From an uncultured Myxococcales bacterium (GTDB taxonomy: Bacteria; Myxococcota; UBA4151): DNA of 13,334 bases. Position numbers and translations under genes: made by a program. Below, in pieces: positions 11,981-13,334 of the stretch. The notes beneath the pieces are model-generated. The model did no database searches, was not told the origin of the DNA, and saw nothing but the letters and a program-made list of their open reading frames with translations. Every line of letters begins with the position of its first letter. Within the stretch, counting starts at the first letter, position 1. The stretch covers positions 1 through 13,334 of the forward strand of contig CAXGWI010000101.1 of assembly GCA_964013405.1 (NCBI GenBank), written 5' to 3'.

Positions 11981-12778
11981 TCATTCCTGAGCCGAGTCCA
12001 ACTCTCGCTCTAGGTTTACCGCATTCTTGATGATGGTATCGATCGCTAGGGAGATTCCCACGTCGATGGGGATGGGTGCGCCCATGAAGTTGGCTAAGAT
12101 CCAGGTGATCTCGGTTCGCTCAACGCAACCGGGTTCGGTCTCCACCGCGATGGAGAGATAGTAACTCAAGCGCACGTCCAGCCAGGCCCAGTTGAAGGTA
12201 CTGGGTGCGATCAGCCAATTTCGTAGCACCACGGCCCGGCCCGCTTCTGTTTCCACCCAGCGCACGTCCGCCTCGTAATTGACGGTGGCCTCTAAACCCA
12301 AGGGATAGTCGTTGATGGACTCCATCGTATAGCGGACCTCTTCGCATTCGCCTTTGAGGAAGCAGTCCCGGTCGCTCAAATAGGTGCGCTTCGAGCGTAC
12401 CCGTCCGTCCTCGTGCATTCGGGGTTCGGTCTCCTCGTCGAGGATGGCTTCGTAGATGGGCTCAAGGCTGTGGGCGTAGGTGTGGACATAGCCCACCCCG
12501 ATCATCTCGGTCACATCGATCGCCTCCGACTCGAAGGCCTCCACCACCTCTGGCGCCAGGTTGTCGATGACCATGCCGTCGCCGATCTCCTCCCGGTGTT
12601 GGTCCAGCCAGGCTTGGAGGTTCTCGATGCCCTTCGCCAAGGTCGCCGTGTCCTCATCGTCGGCATGGGCAAAGATGAATGAGCCCAAGGCGTCGAAGTT
12701 TTCTGGCGCCTGGGGCGGCGCTTCACAGGCGGTCGTCAGGCCCGCTGCCGCAAGGACGCTAAAGAAGGATGAACGGAT
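11981..12778 (-). CDS. Uncharacterised putative lipoprotein, 265 aa, probable ATC start
   Basis: The frame is open upstream of the track's TTG 12688 to a TAG at 12802-12800 and encodes (I/M)RSSFFSVLAAAGLTTAC-EAPPQAPENFD, a lipoprotein signal. GGAG (12790-12787) lies 8 nt before ATC 12778. No in-frame ATG/GTG/TTG occurs upstream of the Cys. Confidence 0.75.
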   Translation of the reverse strand: MRSSFFSVLAAAGLTTACEAPPQAPENFDALGSFIFAHADDEDTATLAKGIENLQAWLDQHREEIGDGMVIDNLAPEVVEAFESEAIDVTEMIGVGYVHTYAHSLEPIYEAILDEETEPRMHEDGRVRSKRTYLSDRDCFLKGECEEVRYTMESINDYPLGLEATVNYEADVRWVETEAGRAVVLRNWLIAPSTFNWAWLDVRLSYYLSIAVETEPGCVERTEITWILANFMGAPIPIDVGISLAIDTIIKNAVNLERELDSAQE

Positions 12779-12825
12779 GGCTGCTTCTCCAAGCAGAGTC
12801 TAGATCATGACCCCTTGACCTAAAA

Positions 12826-12834
12826 GGGGGGGGG
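12826..12834. repeat. G9 homopolymer in the divergent intergenic region
   Basis: taaaa-GGGGGGGGG-ctttg. Partly within the small inverted repeat CCCCTT(12811-12816)...AAGGGG(12824-12829). Confidence 0.8.
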
Positions 12835-12871
12835 CTTTGATTGCGCAGGGTTTTTGGGGCAGGCTGGGGTC

Positions 12872-13334
12872 ATGGTGCCAAACCCATTCGATTCCGACGC
12901 TCCCCTCACGGTTGTTCCAAGCGGGGGGCCGCCATCAAGGCCCCGGTCTGCTTTGGGTCAAAGTGCGCTGGCAGCAGCAGCGTTGGCTGCGGGCTTGGCG
13001 ATGAGTGGGGTCGCCTGCGGTGATGGGCCTGGGCCCAACGGTCAGGATGTGGTGGTGGTGCCCCCGATGGTGCCGCCGGATTGTTCCGACCCGGCTGACT
13101 GCGACGGTGGCGCCGGATTGGACGCGGGTTTGCCCGATGTCTTGGACGCGGGCGCACTCGATGTCGCCTTGATTCCACCCATGCCCCGCCCGGAACTCGA
13201 CGGTGGTGAAGAGCCCCCGCCGATGCCCCCGCCTCGTCCCGATGGGGGTGAAGAGCCGCCGCCGATGCCTCCGCCTCGCCCCGATGGGGGTGAAGAGCCG
13301 CCGCCGATGCCTCCGCCTCGCCCCGATGGGGGTG
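12872..13334 (+). CDS. Pro/Asp-rich repeat-containing putative lipoprotein (3'-truncated by window edge; absent from ORF track)
   Basis: Stop-free frame from ATG 12872 to the window end: MVPNPFDSDAPLTVVPSGGPPSRPRSALGQSALAAAALAAGLAMSGVAC-GDGPGPNGQDVVVVPPMVPPDCSDPADCDGGAGLDAGLPDVLDAGALDVALIPPMPRPEL(DGGEEPPPMPPPRP)x3-DGG. A hydrophobic segment ends in lipobox-like GVAC (Cys at 13016-13018). The exact start is uncertain. Confidence 0.75.
   Translation, partial: MVPNPFDSDAPLTVVPSGGPPSRPRSALGQSALAAAALAAGLAMSGVACGDGPGPNGQDVVVVPPMVPPDCSDPADCDGGAGLDAGLPDVLDAGALDVALIPPMPRPELDGGEEPPPMPPPRPDGGEEPPPMPPPRPDGGEEPPPMPPPRPDGG
13118..13165 (+). repeat. Two degenerate 24-bp coding repeats (LDAGxxDV)
   Basis: TTGGACGCGGGTTTGCCCGATGTC / TTGGACGCGGGCGCACTCGATGTC. 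Confidence 0.7.
13199..13334 (+). repeat. 42-bp coding tandem repeat, 3 full units plus a partial fourth (runs off window)
   Basis: Units at 13199-13240, 13241-13282, 13283-13324 and 13325-end. Units 2 and 3 are identical. Unit 1 differs at 5 positions, all synonymous in the DGGEEPPPMPPPRP frame. Confidence 0.95.

Noticed and set aside
12831..12844. Sigma54-like GG-N10-GC (ending TTGC)
   Set aside because: The GG comes trivially from the G9 run and the TGGCAC context is missing.
12841..13178. Track ORFs 12841-13023 (+) and 12906-13178 (-)
   Set aside because: Alternative-frame artefacts of the 12872 lipoprotein frame, which has signal-peptide and synonymous-repeat support.
13199..13334. 42-bp repeats as a possible CRISPR array
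   Set aside because: Units are directly adjacent with no unique spacers, vary only at synonymous sites of an open frame, and no cas genes are present.

Overview
GC-rich bacterial chromosomal segment. DAG/DGG-rich, Pro-rich lipoproteins suggest Myxococcota/Deltaproteobacteria (inference only). The left part is housekeeping: a 5'-truncated monomeric NADP-isocitrate dehydrogenase (+), a convergent agmatinase/ureohydrolase (-) and a divergent RlmI-type rRNA methyltransferase (+). From 12778 down to 4458 the minus strand carries eight co-oriented envelope genes: an uncharacterised lipoprotein that appears to start at a non-canonical ATC codon, a PNGase F-like lipoprotein, a LolA-like periplasmic protein, two LolC/E (MacB/FtsX)-like permeases, a LolD-like ATPase, a predicted outer-membrane beta-barrel and a DUF1287 protein. 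This looks like a complete accessory trans-envelope transport module with candidate cargo or partner lipoproteins. At the right edge a divergent ORF missing from the ORF track (12872 to beyond 13334) encodes a putative lipoprotein with a 42-bp/14-aa tandem repeat (DGGEEPPPMPPPRP). No rRNA, tRNA, CRISPR array or mobile element was seen.
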